Shown one piece after another: positions 27,256 to 41,420 of a stretch of DNA of 64,000 nt. A program made the translations under genes and the position numbers. The stretch is taken from NCBI RefSeq assembly GCF_009914755.1, contig NC_060941.1, one strand, 5' to 3'. Origin of the DNA: the human T2T-CHM13v2.0 reference genome, Homo sapiens. The notes under the pieces were generated by a model, which was not told the origin of the DNA, did not search any database, and saw only the letters and a program-made list of their open reading frames with translations. Numbering within the stretch: position 1 is the first letter of the stretch; each line of letters begins with the position of its first letter.

Positions 27256-28119
27256 GCTGCTTTAGAAAAGAGAAGGCTGGAGACGGGGCAGGGAGAACAA
27301 TGGGCAGATATTGTGCAGTTCTAGAAAGAGGGGATAGTGTCCTGGTCTAGGGCAGGATAGAGAGGAAGAAGTGGATGGAGAGTAGGGTTTTTAGTAACAC
27401 TTCCCACCCCAGGAGTAACAGCATGTTAAATACAATGGGTCTGAGTCCTAATAGGTGCTACCTTTCTTTACCAACAGAAAGTGACATTTCTCTGTGGCAA
27501 AGTCAATGTTATTGTTCATCACACATTGAGTTCTAACCAGAGGAATACGGGCAGAACTGATGTAAGTCTTTTCCAGGATTGAGCTAAAAACATTCCACTC
27601 AACCCTCCAGGCTTCCTGAATGGTGGTTTTCTAAGACAGCTGGAGCTTGAATCCCTGAATCCCTACTTGGAGGAGCGACCCCAGGACAATGTCTTATCTT
27701 GTTTCAAGTCGTGATAGGAACAAGAAACCACCGTGTGTTAGTTAAATCACTGAAATTTTGAGGTTGGTAATTATAGAAACTGGCATTTCTTACCAGGCCT
27801 ACCACAAACCAGTTGGGCTCATATTTTTCTTAGTTCTTTCACGGCATTTTGGTGGTTTCTAACTCTCTGTTCATCCAGAGAAGAGGAATTGTTCAGTGTG
27901 GAGAAGGAAGGAAAGGCAGTCATACAGAAACAGAGATATATCTACACACGGATACATGGGGCCCCTCAACCAAGATACCCATACAGGCCCAGAAAATCAC
28001 TCAGTAATAATGATAAAACAATAAAACTGAAATTCCTTGAATGTCATGGTCTGTGCTAATAGTTAATTAAATCCCACAACAACCCTACGAAGTAGATACT
28101 ATTATCATTCTCTCTCTCT

Positions 28120-28334
28120 CTTTTTAATTTTTGAGACAGGACCTTGCTCTGTTGCTCAGGCTGTAGTGCAGTGGTGCAATCACAGCTCACTGCAGCCTTG
28201 ATCTCCTGGGATCAAGTGATCCTCCCACCTCCACCTCCTAAGTAGCTGGGACTATTGATGCATGCCATCATGCCTGGCTATTTTTTAAATTTTATTTTTG
28301 TAGAGATGACGCCTCTCTATGTTGCCAGGGCTTG

Positions 28335-28335
<1 letters not shown>
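28120..28335 (-). mobile_element. AluJ, 5'-truncated, inside a MIR; (CT)n follows at 28337-28364
   Basis: gagacagg...cacagctcactgcagccttgatctcctggg. Confidence 0.88.
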
Positions 28336-28367
<32 letters not shown>

Positions 28368-29174
28368 AACAGATGGGAAAACTGAGTTCAAGAGGGGATG
28401 AGTAACTTTCCCAAGGCCACATAGGATTTAGACCCAGGCATCCCGACTCAGGAGTCTGTCCTTTTAGCCACAACTCACAGACAAGGGCACGGTGACAGAG
28501 GTCTGGGGATGGACACACATATACACAAACACACACACACGACAGAGACAGAGAGTATCTGGATTGTCCTTGTCCTCAGCATGAACACCATTCCGCTTTC
28601 AGGAGAGAGATGGCCAGATTGCAGTGGTGACAAGAACAGAGCATTGCCGTTACTGAAGACTTACTTTAATGAAATTCTCAGCTGGCTCAGGACATTTTGT
28701 TTCTCTCTAGATAACTTCCTGATGCTATCACTTTTGCATACCCTGTTTATTTCACCTGCTCCGTCTCTCCCTGGCCCAAAAGGGAGGCTCTGTTGGTTTG
28801 TTTGATGTTCCTTAGATACAAATGATCCTTCCCTGAATAACAAATAGGATGCACCCTTCAGAGGGATTTATGATTCACCTCTTGTTCCTCTAGTTTCTAA
28901 ATGAGATACTTCCCCAGAAGGTGCTTTTTCCCAGTTAACACCTGAAACTTTGTCCCAGCAGATGGGTTGTCTGCTGAGCACACGGGCTTAGTTTTTCAGA
29001 TCCTGGGCTTGATGTGTCACCCAGACTCTGGCCTCTGAAGCCTTAGGCTGCCCAGAGTGGAGAAGTCGTCAGCAATGAGAACCCCTGCCTTGGCATATTT
29101 GTAGGTGTGGGGAGTAGTTCCTGTGGGAAGTTCCTGGGATAACAGTTTCTAGGTTGGGCTGGTCTCTTCATCCA

Positions 29175-30060
<886 letters not shown>

Positions 30061-30399
30061 TTTCACATGTGAATCCCTTCCTTGTAGCCCACTGCATGCC
30101 CTTGCAGCTTCCGCTCTCCTATACTCCTATCATGGGGAGTTCACTACTTGTTCCAGTTAATTTTCTTTGAGTGTAAGCAACAGAAGCCCACTCTGGCTAA
30201 CTTAAGCAACGCAGGATGTACTGACACAAGGTGGGGGGTGTTGAAGGATGGAAGGGAAGGCTGAAGATCCAGGCTTGGCATGAAAAACGACCAGGGCAGT
30301 GCAAGAAGAAGTCTTGTTCAGTCACGCCTGGGGGATAAATTCCAAACCATATTTGAAACTTTTAGTCATTCTGTTCAAAATTTAAATCACGAGGCGAGA

Positions 30400-31000
<601 letters not shown>

Positions 31001-31123
31001 TAGTACAGGGTCAGGCACACAGTAGGTGCTTAGTTTTAGTGCTGAATGCATGAACAAATAAATGAATGGCTTCTGCTCTAATACATAGCAATCAAGTTCT
31101 TTGAAGTCATCTTTAGACATTTC

Positions 31124-31419
31124 TTTCTTTTTTTTTTTTTTTTTTGAGATGGAGTTGCCCAGGCTGCAGTGCAGTGGTGTGATCTCGGCTCACCACAACC
31201 ACCGCCTCCCGGATCCAAGTGATTCTCCTGCCTCAGCCTCCTGAGTAGCTGAGATTATGGGCATGTGCCACCATGCCCGACTAATTGTTTTGTATTTTTA
31301 GTAGAGACGGGGTTTCTCCATGTTGGTCAGGCTGGTCTTGAACTTCCAACCTCAGGTGACCCACCCGCCTTGGCCCCCCAAAGTGCTGGGATTACAGGTG
31401 TGAGCCACCGCACCCGGCC
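31124..31419 (-). mobile_element. AluSp/Sq
   Basis: ggtttctccatgttggtcagg; TSD tagacatttctt. Confidence 0.92.
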
Positions 31420-31509
31420 TAGACATTTCTTATAATTAGATCAAAACAAGAAAAATCAACATATAAGAATCTCAGTGCATTTAAATATTAGACCCACCCT
31501 CCTGAGTGA

Positions 31510-31999
<490 letters not shown>

Positions 32000-32873
32000 T
32001 AATCCCTGGTGTTGCTCTTTGCCCGAGTCCTTCAGAAATGCTGCAAACAGTAAACAAGCAACTCCACTCCAAGGAGGTGAATCATCTGCTGACGGGATTG
32101 CATTCCACATCAATTCTCGTGTCATATTTGATTAATTTTGTATCTAGCTTCATTACATCTCATCCCTCATTTCAAAGGTGTCCTTCATAGGGGACACTGG
32201 AGGAAGCAGAGAGGGGAGACCGGGCAATGGACATCCTGCTGCGAAGAGTTCATGGATGCCCCAAACAGTAGCAACTGAGATTTAACCCTCTCAGAGTCCC
32301 ACCTCTGCCCATGAGATGAGCTCTCTGCTGTTACTGCAGCGTTTCCCAAGCTTGAGTCACGGTGACCCAGCCACCATGAGACAGCCACTTTACACACCAT
32401 TAATCAGCAGAATGGCTGGCAAATGCTAACCCACTTAGCAGTGATATCCTAGCAGGTGACAGCTACCGGAGCTGACAGCATCTGGCTGGAGGGCACACAT
32501 CTCCAGGCAGGCCGTCTGGAGCTCTCTGAGTTCTATGTGGGTTACTGTGAAGCTGAAGGTGAGACTTCCAGCTTCCTGGCCAAGAGTTGCTTAAATGGGT
32601 CAGGGCAGGATTTAACTCTGGCACATCTGAGTTCTGGGCCCTTATTCACCAGGGCTGATGACATCTCCTTCCCATTCTTCCCCTTCTACCCACGTCCTAC
32701 CACATCTTGGAACTCTGAGGATTCATCTAACATTTATTGAATTCAATTCAATAATTTGTTGAGTGGTGTAGCGGAAACCTCTGCTGTTTACGTTATGTCT
32801 GTCCTTTTGGCCCATTTCTAATTTCAGGTGAAGCTGTGTGCATGTGTGACTGTAGCTGTGGCTATGCATGGAG

Positions 32874-33047
32874 GCTGAGCCTGGATCCTGCCCTCAGACC
32901 ATGCTGTAGTCATGGTCACAGACTGAGCCCTCATTTTGGTCACAGGCTGAGCTCTGATCATGGTCACGGACTGAGCCTTCCTCCTGGTCACAGAGAGAGC
33001 CTTGATTCTGGTCATAGACTGAGCTCTACAGACTAAGCTCTGATCAT
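32874..33047. repeat. Degenerate 24-bp minisatellite, ~7 units
   Basis: tggtca(c/t)(a/g)g recurs at 32913, 32937, 32961, 32985 and 33009 (period 24). Confidence 0.9.
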
Positions 33048-33763
33048 AAGAGAACACAGTGAGAAAGAGATTGAGGATGGCTCAGTTCAGGCCACCCTCA
33101 CTTCTGCAGTCGCAGGCGGGAGCCGTGCCCTCTCAGTGGGATATGAGGAGTGGGGGAATCAGAGTAAAGGCATCCTGCATCTGAACAAAGACAGTGCCAA
33201 TTATGGCAGCTTGCATTCTCAGGTTCTTAACTTGGAAAAAGCCGCTGTGGTTTCAGGCACAGCCTAATGAGGTTTTCAGAGCTGTGTCTTATTTCCTTTA
33301 GTGCATAGAGGTTATTGTGTTTTGCAGGAAAATTAACTAGCAATTAAATTTCTGAAAAAGTGTTTGAAACTCCTACAAGCAGTGCCTCATTGTTTTGCAA
33401 GATTGGGTACACAATGTAATAATTCCATCTGCAAATTAATTTTCTCTCACTCACGGCTTCTGATGTAACTGCAATGTCATCCATTTAGTCATTCATTCAT
33501 CCTTTGATTCAGTGCACATTTACTACGTACCTCATGTTGAACCTGGCACTGTGGGGAGGGCAGAGGTGGGTCTCTGCTTCCCAGGCAGCTCCCTGTCTAG
33601 AAGGAAGACAAGATTTTCTCAGAAATAATGGTCAGAGGAGGCAGACTATGATCATTCCATTAGAAGGAGATTTATAGTGATTTGGACTTCCAGATTTAGG
33701 AGGAGGGGGAGGTAACTCCTGACTTTGTCTCAGTGAAGAAAGAATAGAAAGAAAGCTGAAAGT

Positions 33764-34285
<522 letters not shown>

Positions 34286-34705
34286 AAAACATTTCCCACT
34301 AAACATGCTAAATTCTTTAAGGATGACTTCTTTGCCAAGTGGTTTGTAGCCTTCCTGCTTCCCATCAGCACAAATGAAGGAGTTGGAGAAGGTCTAGAGG
34401 GGAGCTCTGCCAAGGCCAGAATGACATCAAATGTGCTCTGAAGAAGTAAGCGGCTGGGACTGCAGGAGAGATGGCTACGTGGTCACTTACTGAATATCTA
34501 CTGTGTGTCTACGTAGTGCTTTCCATACGTTTTCTCATTTCATCCTCACATACACTCTTCAGGGTAGGCATTATTAGCTGCATCATTTTTGTTGTTGTTA
34601 AGGAAATGAAGACTTAGAGAAGCTAAATGATCTGTTCACAGTCACACAACTGGTAAATGATGGAGCTGTGATTCATGCTCAGGTCTGTCTGACTCTGAAG
34701 TCTGA

Positions 34706-35072
<367 letters not shown>

Positions 35073-35083
35073 TGACACTTTTC

Positions 35084-36261
35084 TTTTTTTTTTTTTTTTA
35101 ATTTTTATTTTTTTTATTGATCATTCTTGGGTGTTTCTCGCAGAGGGGGATTTGGCAGGGTCACAGGACAATAGTGGAGGGAAGGTCGGCAGATAAACAA
35201 GTGAACAAAGGTCTCTGGTTTTCCTAGGCAGAGGACCCTGCGGCCTTCCGCAGTGTTTGTGTCCCTGGGTACTTGAGATTAGGGAATGGCGATGACTCTT
35301 AACGAGCATGCTGCCTTCAAGCATCTGTTTAACAAAGCACATCTTGCACCGCCCTTAATCCATTTAACCCTGAGTGGACACAGCACATGTTTGAGAGAGC
35401 ACAGGGTTGGGGGTAAGGTCATAGATCAACAGGATCCCAAGGCAGAAGAATTTTTCTTACTACAGAACAAAATGAAAAGTCTCCCATGTCTACTTCTTTC
35501 TACACAGACACAGCAACCATCCGATTTCTCAATCTTTTCCCCACCTTTCCCCCCTTTCTATTCCACAAAACCGCCATTGTCATCCCGGCCCATTCTCAAT
35601 GAGCTGTTGGGCACACCTCCCAGACGGGGTGGTGGCCGGGCGGAGACGCTCCTCACTTCTCAGACGGGGTCGCGGCCGGGCAAAGGGGCTCCTCACGTCC
35701 CAGACGATGGGCGGCCAGGCGGAGACGCTCCTCACCTCCCAGACGGGGTGGCGGCCGGGCAGAGGCTGCAATCTCGGCACTTTGGGAGGCCAAGGCAGGC
35801 TGCTGGGAGGTGGAGGTTGTAGCGAGCCGAGATCACGCCACTGCACTCCAGCCTGGGCGCCATTGAGCACTGAGTGAACCAGACTCCGTCTGCAATCCCG
35901 GCACCTCGGGAGGCCGAGGCTGGCGGATCACTCGCGGTTAGGAACTGGAGACCGGCCCGGCCAACACAGCGAAACCCCGTCTCCACCAAAAAAATACGAA
36001 AACCAGTCAGGTGTGGCGGCGCACGCCTGCAATCGCAGGCACTCGGCAGGGTGAGGCAGGAGAATCAGGCAGGGAGGTTGCAGTGAGCCGAGATGGCAGC
36101 AGCACAGTCCAGCTTCGGCTCGGCATGAGAGGGAGACCGTGGAAAGAGAGGGAGAGGGAGAGGGAGAGGGAGTGGGAGAGGGGAGAGGGGAGAAGGGAGA
36201 GGGGAGAGGGGAGAGGGGAGAGGGGAGAGGGGAGAGGGGAGAGGGGAGAGGGAGAGCGGCC
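35084..36261 (-). mobile_element. Full-length SVA retrotransposon (probably SVA_B-D) with short VNTR
   Basis: poly-T, SINE-R (35120-35615), VNTR (35615-35770), Alu-like region (35770-36140), hexamer head (36150-36256); exact 12-bp TSD ctgacacttttc at 35072-35083 and 36262-36273. Confidence 0.97.
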
Positions 36262-36499
36262 CTGACACTTTTCATCTTACTTAGCTGCTTCTTCTGTGGT
36301 GTGGTGTATTCCCAGGCTTGGGGCATGGTGGACCGTTACACGGTGCACATTGTAGGTTGTTCCTAGGAGTTTCTGAGATTAGGCATCAGGAAGAAGGGAT
36401 GACTTGTCCTGAGGCTCAAGCCCTAATTCTAGCTCCTGTCCCCAGCTGGATCCTTTGCCAGAGCCAATCATCTCATCCACCACTTCTTAAGAGGCCTCA

Positions 36500-37290
36500 T
36501 CTATCCTATGGCAATTACTAACACCTGGTTGTAGATGACATGCTAATCCTACCCGGGCCCTTCCCCTGAGCTGCAGACCTTTACCTGTTCACCTTCCGGA
36601 CAGCTCTTTCCAGATGACCCTGGGAATGTGAACCCAGCACAGCCAGATGAAATCATCACCTTCTCCTGCCTGCCCTTCCTAATGGTCCCCATTTGAGTGA
36701 ATGGCACCCTCTGAAAGCCTTTCTTTTCAAATCCTTTCCTCTCTCAAGCATATAAATAACAACTTGGTGACTGCATCCTGTCTTTCCTTCTGATGGTTCC
36801 CTTGCTCCACCCCCACACCACTGCCTTGGTTCAGGCCTCGTGCCTCCTCCCAGATGGTTACCTGCCTTTAGTGTTGCTCTGCCCAGCTCCATACTATAGC
36901 TGGAGTGGTGGTTGCAGAGGACACAGGCTCTGAACCTGTGATGTGCTGTCACCCATGGCAAGTCCCTTAACCTTTCTGTGTCTCCTCCTCCCTGTAAGTG
37001 AAATGAAGATAACAGAACCTTCCTGGTAGGGTTTGTGTGAATTATATGATGTGATATAGCATGTGGATAAAGCATGTGGAAATGGATTTGGTTCATAATA
37101 GACACTCAATAACTATTAGCCAATGCAAGCAGACCAGAACAGATGATGCCTATTCTGCTCAAAGTCTTCTGGTGGCTCCCCATTGCCTCTGGAATTGAAT
37201 CCAGGCTCCTTATAGGCCTTTGAATTTGGCTCCGACCATCTCTCTAGCATCATATCCTGATATCCTGGAGCTTATCCCTTACCCCATCTC
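36500..37290 (+). mobile_element. L2 fragment with nested MIR (~36900-37120)
   Basis: agtgaatggcacc, ctgctcaaagtcttctggtggctccccattgcc; MIR ggcaagtcccttaacctttctgtg. Confidence 0.6.
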
Positions 37291-37461
37291 TACCTCTTGT
37301 CTTACCCCAATATTTTTTCTACTTTATTTTTGTGTGTATTTATGGTGTATGACATGATGTTTTGAAATATCTATAAATTGCGGCATTTCCCTACTTTTAT
37401 TTCCATCCATATGGATAGAAACTTGGGTTTCCAGGATGCAGCACAAGGAGCGGGGATCCAA

Positions 37462-37822
37462 TGTCTTAGTTCAATCTGCTATAACAGAATACTATAGACT
37501 GGGTGGCTTGAACAATAGGAATTTATTTCTTATAGGTTTGAAGTCTGTAAGGCTGAGACCAGGGTGCCAGCATGGTTGGGTTCTGATGAGGGCCCTCTTC
37601 CTGGTTTACATGTGGCTGAGTTCTCATGGTGTCCTCACATGGTAGATAGAGAGCACAGAGAGGAAGCAAGCCCTCTTACATCTCTCCTTATGTGGGCACT
37701 AATCCCATCATGGGGGCTCTACCCTCAACACCTAAACACTTCCCAAAGGACCCATCCCCAAATATCATCACATTGGTTTCAACATATGAATTTTGGGGAA
37801 TACAAACATTCCGTTCATAGCA
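37462..37822 (-). mobile_element. MLT1A/A0 MaLR solo LTR
   Basis: tgtcttagtt...gctataacagaatactatagactgggtggctt...catagca. Confidence 0.82.
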
Positions 37823-37829
37823 CCAAGGC

Positions 37830-40195
37830 TAAGCCCAGGAGAGTTCTTGAACTGAGGAGATGGACTGAGTCTGGGAGAGCAGGGCAGATAGAATACTGGA
37901 GAGGAGACAGCTGCACAGAGAGAACTCTGGAGAGCTTCAGAGGGCCCCACTCAAGAACTCAGTGCAGAACTCATCAGGGCCTGCATGTGAGAAAATTACT
38001 TGGGGCCAGGGAAAGTCCATTCAAAAAGGTTAGAGGTAACAGTGCCTAGTGTTCACACAGGGCTGAGAACACACTCTAGCTGTTTCTACCAGAAAGATTT
38101 GAAACCTCATGGTTCTTAAGGCATGGAGTATGGAACTAAGATAGGTCTTGCCTCACTAGTGGAAATAATGAGCACAGAACCTGCCTAACAAATTTTAAAA
38201 GCAAAAGCAGAAAGGATTTTAAAAGCAAAAGCAGAAAGGATCTCTGTTTCCAAGTAACTTAACTGCATTACAGAAACATAGTTTAAGAATATGTATAGGA
38301 ATACAAAAATATCCAGCACCCCAAAAGGTAGACCTATAAAATCTGGCATCCAATAAGAAGTTATCAGGCATGCCAAGAATCAGAAATATGTTATCCACAA
38401 TGAGGAGAAAAATTAATCATTTGACATCAATCCAGAACAGCAACAAATATTAGAATGGGCAGATTAAGACACTTAACTTGTTATTTTAACTGTATTCCAT
38501 ATGATAATAAGTAGAGATATGGGAGATACTTAAAAAGGCCAAAGTCAAACTTTTAGAGATTAAAACTATAATGGTTGAAGTGAAAAATACATTGGATGGG
38601 ATTAATGGCAGATTAAACATTGTAGAATACAAAATTATTGAACTTGAAGACATAGTAATAGAAACTATAAAAATGAACACACAGAAGAAAAAATAGAAAG
38701 AAATGAATATAGCATTAGTGAACTATGGGACAATTTCAGGTGGCTTTATATACATGTAATTGGAGTCACCAGAAGAAAAGACAGGCAGAGTAGTGGGTGG
38801 GGCAGAAAAATATTTTAAGGAATAATGGTCACAAAATGTCCAAATTTGATTAAGACTATAAACTCACATCCAAGAACCTCAATAAATCCCAAGAACAAGA
38901 AACATAAAGAACACCACACCAAGGTACATGACAATCGAATTGCTAAAAATCAATGATAAAGAGAGAATCTTAAAAGCAACTACAGAGAAAGATGTTACTA
39001 TACAGAGAACAAAGTTAAGGATGGCAGTAGACTTGCCAGAAACAGTGCAAACAAGGGGACAATAGAGAAACATCATTAAAATACTGAAAGATGAATACTG
39101 TCTACTAGAATTCTATACTTAACAGACATGTCTTTCAAAATCAAAGGCTAAAAAAATTCATTGCCAACAGACCCATATGCTAAGAAATGTTAGAAGAAGT
39201 CTTCTGGACAGAAGGAAAATGATATCAAGTGAAAATCAGTATCTACACGAAAGAATAAAGAGCACTAGAAATAGTAACTACATATGTAAATATATGACAT
39301 TTTCTTATCACTTAAACCTTAAAGATAATGTTTGTGTAATTAAAAATAATAACAATGTACTGCAGGGTTTGTAACATATACAAAAGGAAAATGTATAATA
39401 ACATGAACACAAAAGTTGGGTGGGGATAAATGGAACTATGCTATCGTAAGTTTCCCATACCATACTTAAAATGGCATCATATCACTTGTAAGTGGACTAT
39501 AACAGGTTAAATATATATATACATATATAAAAAATAAACTAATGAAATGATTAACAAAACAAAAAGTGATGGTTTATAAACCAACAAAGGAGATAAAATC
39601 ATAAAACATACTTGCTTAAACCAAATGAAGGCAGAAAAAGAGCAAAAAATAAAAAAATGGGACAAATGGAAAACAAATAGTAAGATGACAGATTTAAACT
39701 TGGCCATAGTAATAATCACATTAAATGTAAATGGTCTAAACACCCCAATTTAAAACATTTCAGACTGAATAAAAAACATGGCCTAATTACACACTGTCCA
39801 CAAAAAACACACCTTAAAAATAAAATACACAAGTAGATTAAAAATAAAAGGATGGAAAAAGATATAGCATGCTAACATTAATTAAATGAAAACTTATGTG
39901 TCTATATTAAATTTCAGAGCCAAAAAAATTATGAGGGGTAAAGAAGATGATTTTGTAATGGGAAAAGGATCAATTCATCAAGAGAACATAATAATCCTAA
40001 AATTTTATGAATCTAATAAGAGTCTTAAAATACTTGAAGCAAAAACTGAGGTAATTTCATGGAAAAAATAGACAAATCCACAATCTTAGATGTTTCAATT
40101 CTCACTTCTCAATAACTGATAGAAAAATTAGGAAAATCAATAAAGATACAGAAGTTTTGAACACCATGAGCCAATTTCACTAAATTCACATTTAG
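37830..40195 (+). mobile_element. Old L1M 5' part: 5'UTR, decayed ORF1, start of ORF2; resumes at 44388-44439
   Basis: ORF1-like A-rich remnants; atcacattaaatgtaaatggtctaaac (ITLNVNGLN, start of the endonuclease domain) near 39715. Confidence 0.8.
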
Positions 40196-40204
40196 TGAAT
40201 TACT

Positions 40205-41420
40205 TTTGTGAGTGCAAAAGTAATTGTGGTTTTTGCATTGTTGGAATTTGCTCTTTGATATTGGAATACATTCTTAAATAAATGTGTTATGTTATACATC
40301 ACTTTAATGGGCATTTCTCATTTTTTTTTCTAATGACTTATTACTTGCTGTTTATTCTGTTTATTTTATGTTTATTTTAGACTATGGAAATGATGTTAGA
40401 CAAAAAGCAAATTCAAGCGATTTTCTTATTTGACTTCAAAATGGGTCGTAAAGCAGGGGAGACAACTCGCAACATCAATAATACATTTGGCCCAGGAACT
40501 GCTAACAAACGGGCAGTGCAGTGGTGGATCAAGAAGTTTTGCAAAGGAGACAAGAGCCTTGAAGATGAGGAGTGTAGTGGCTTGCCATCGGAAGTTGACA
40601 ATGACCAATTGAGAGCAATCATCAAAGCTGATCCTCTTACAACTACACAAGAAGTTGCCAAAGAACTCAATGTCGACCGTTCTATGGTCGTTTGGCATTT
40701 GAAGCAAATTGGAAAGGTGAAAAAGCTCGATAAGCTCATGAACTGAGCAAAAATAAAAAAAAAATCATTTTCAACTATCATCTTCTCTTATTCTATGCAA
40801 TAACAATGAACCATTTCTCGATCGGATTGTGATGTGTGATTAAAAGTGGATTTTACATGACAACCGGCAATAACCAGCTCAGTGGTTGGACTGAGAAGAA
40901 GCTCCAAAGCACTTCCAAAAGCCAAACTTGCACCAAAAAAGTCATGGTCACTGTTTGGTGGTCTGCTGCCAGTCTGATCCACAACAGCTTTCCGAATCCC
41001 AGCAAAACCATTACATCTGAGAAGAATGCTCAGCGAATCGGTGAGATGCACTAAAAACGGCAATACCTACAGCCAACATTTGTCAGCAGAAAGGGCCCAA
41101 CTCTTCTCCATGACAACATCCGACCACTTGTTACACAAACAACACTTCAAAAGTTGAATAAATTGGGCTACAGAGTTTTGCCTCACCTGCCATATTCACC
41201 TGACCTCTTGCCAATTGATTACCACTTTTTCAAGCATCTCGACAATTTTTTGCAGGGAAAAGGCTTCCACAACCAGCAGGATGCAGAAAATGCTTTCCGT
41301 GAGTTCGTTTCAATCCTGAAGCAAGGATTTTTTACGCTACAGGAATAAACAAACTTATTTCTCATTGACAAAAATGTGTTGCTTGTAATGGTTCCTATTT
41401 TGACTAACAAAGATATGTTT
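40205..41420 (+). mobile_element. HSMAR1: HSMAR1 mariner transposon, main part (transposase pseudogene)
   Basis: Partial TIR gtgcaaaagtaattgtggtttt; ORF 40384-40746 MEMMLDKKQI...; downstream frames contain VMVTVWWSAA and YSPDLLPIDYHFFKHLDNFL; frameshifts and a TAA at 40841. Confidence 0.96.

Noticed and set aside
32874-33047. CRISPR-like repeat-spacer array or coding repeat
   Set aside because: The context is primate DNA with no cas genes. The variable segments are only ~8 bp and resemble one another. The ORF follows trivially from a period divisible by 3.
35286-36366. Long ORFs (178 aa, 132 aa) and apparent CpG island
   Set aside because: All lie within or are driven by the SVA SINE-R, VNTR, Alu-like and hexamer domains.
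38193-38242. 24-bp tandem duplication ttttaaaagcaaaagcagaaagga
   Set aside because: It is real, but an ordinary slippage duplication inside old L1 sequence.
40384-41400. SETMAR exon or retrocopy
   Set aside because: It has TIR sequence and transposon UTRs, no SET domain, and the third catalytic residue reads D (PIDYH) rather than SETMAR's N. It is an independent HSMAR1 copy.
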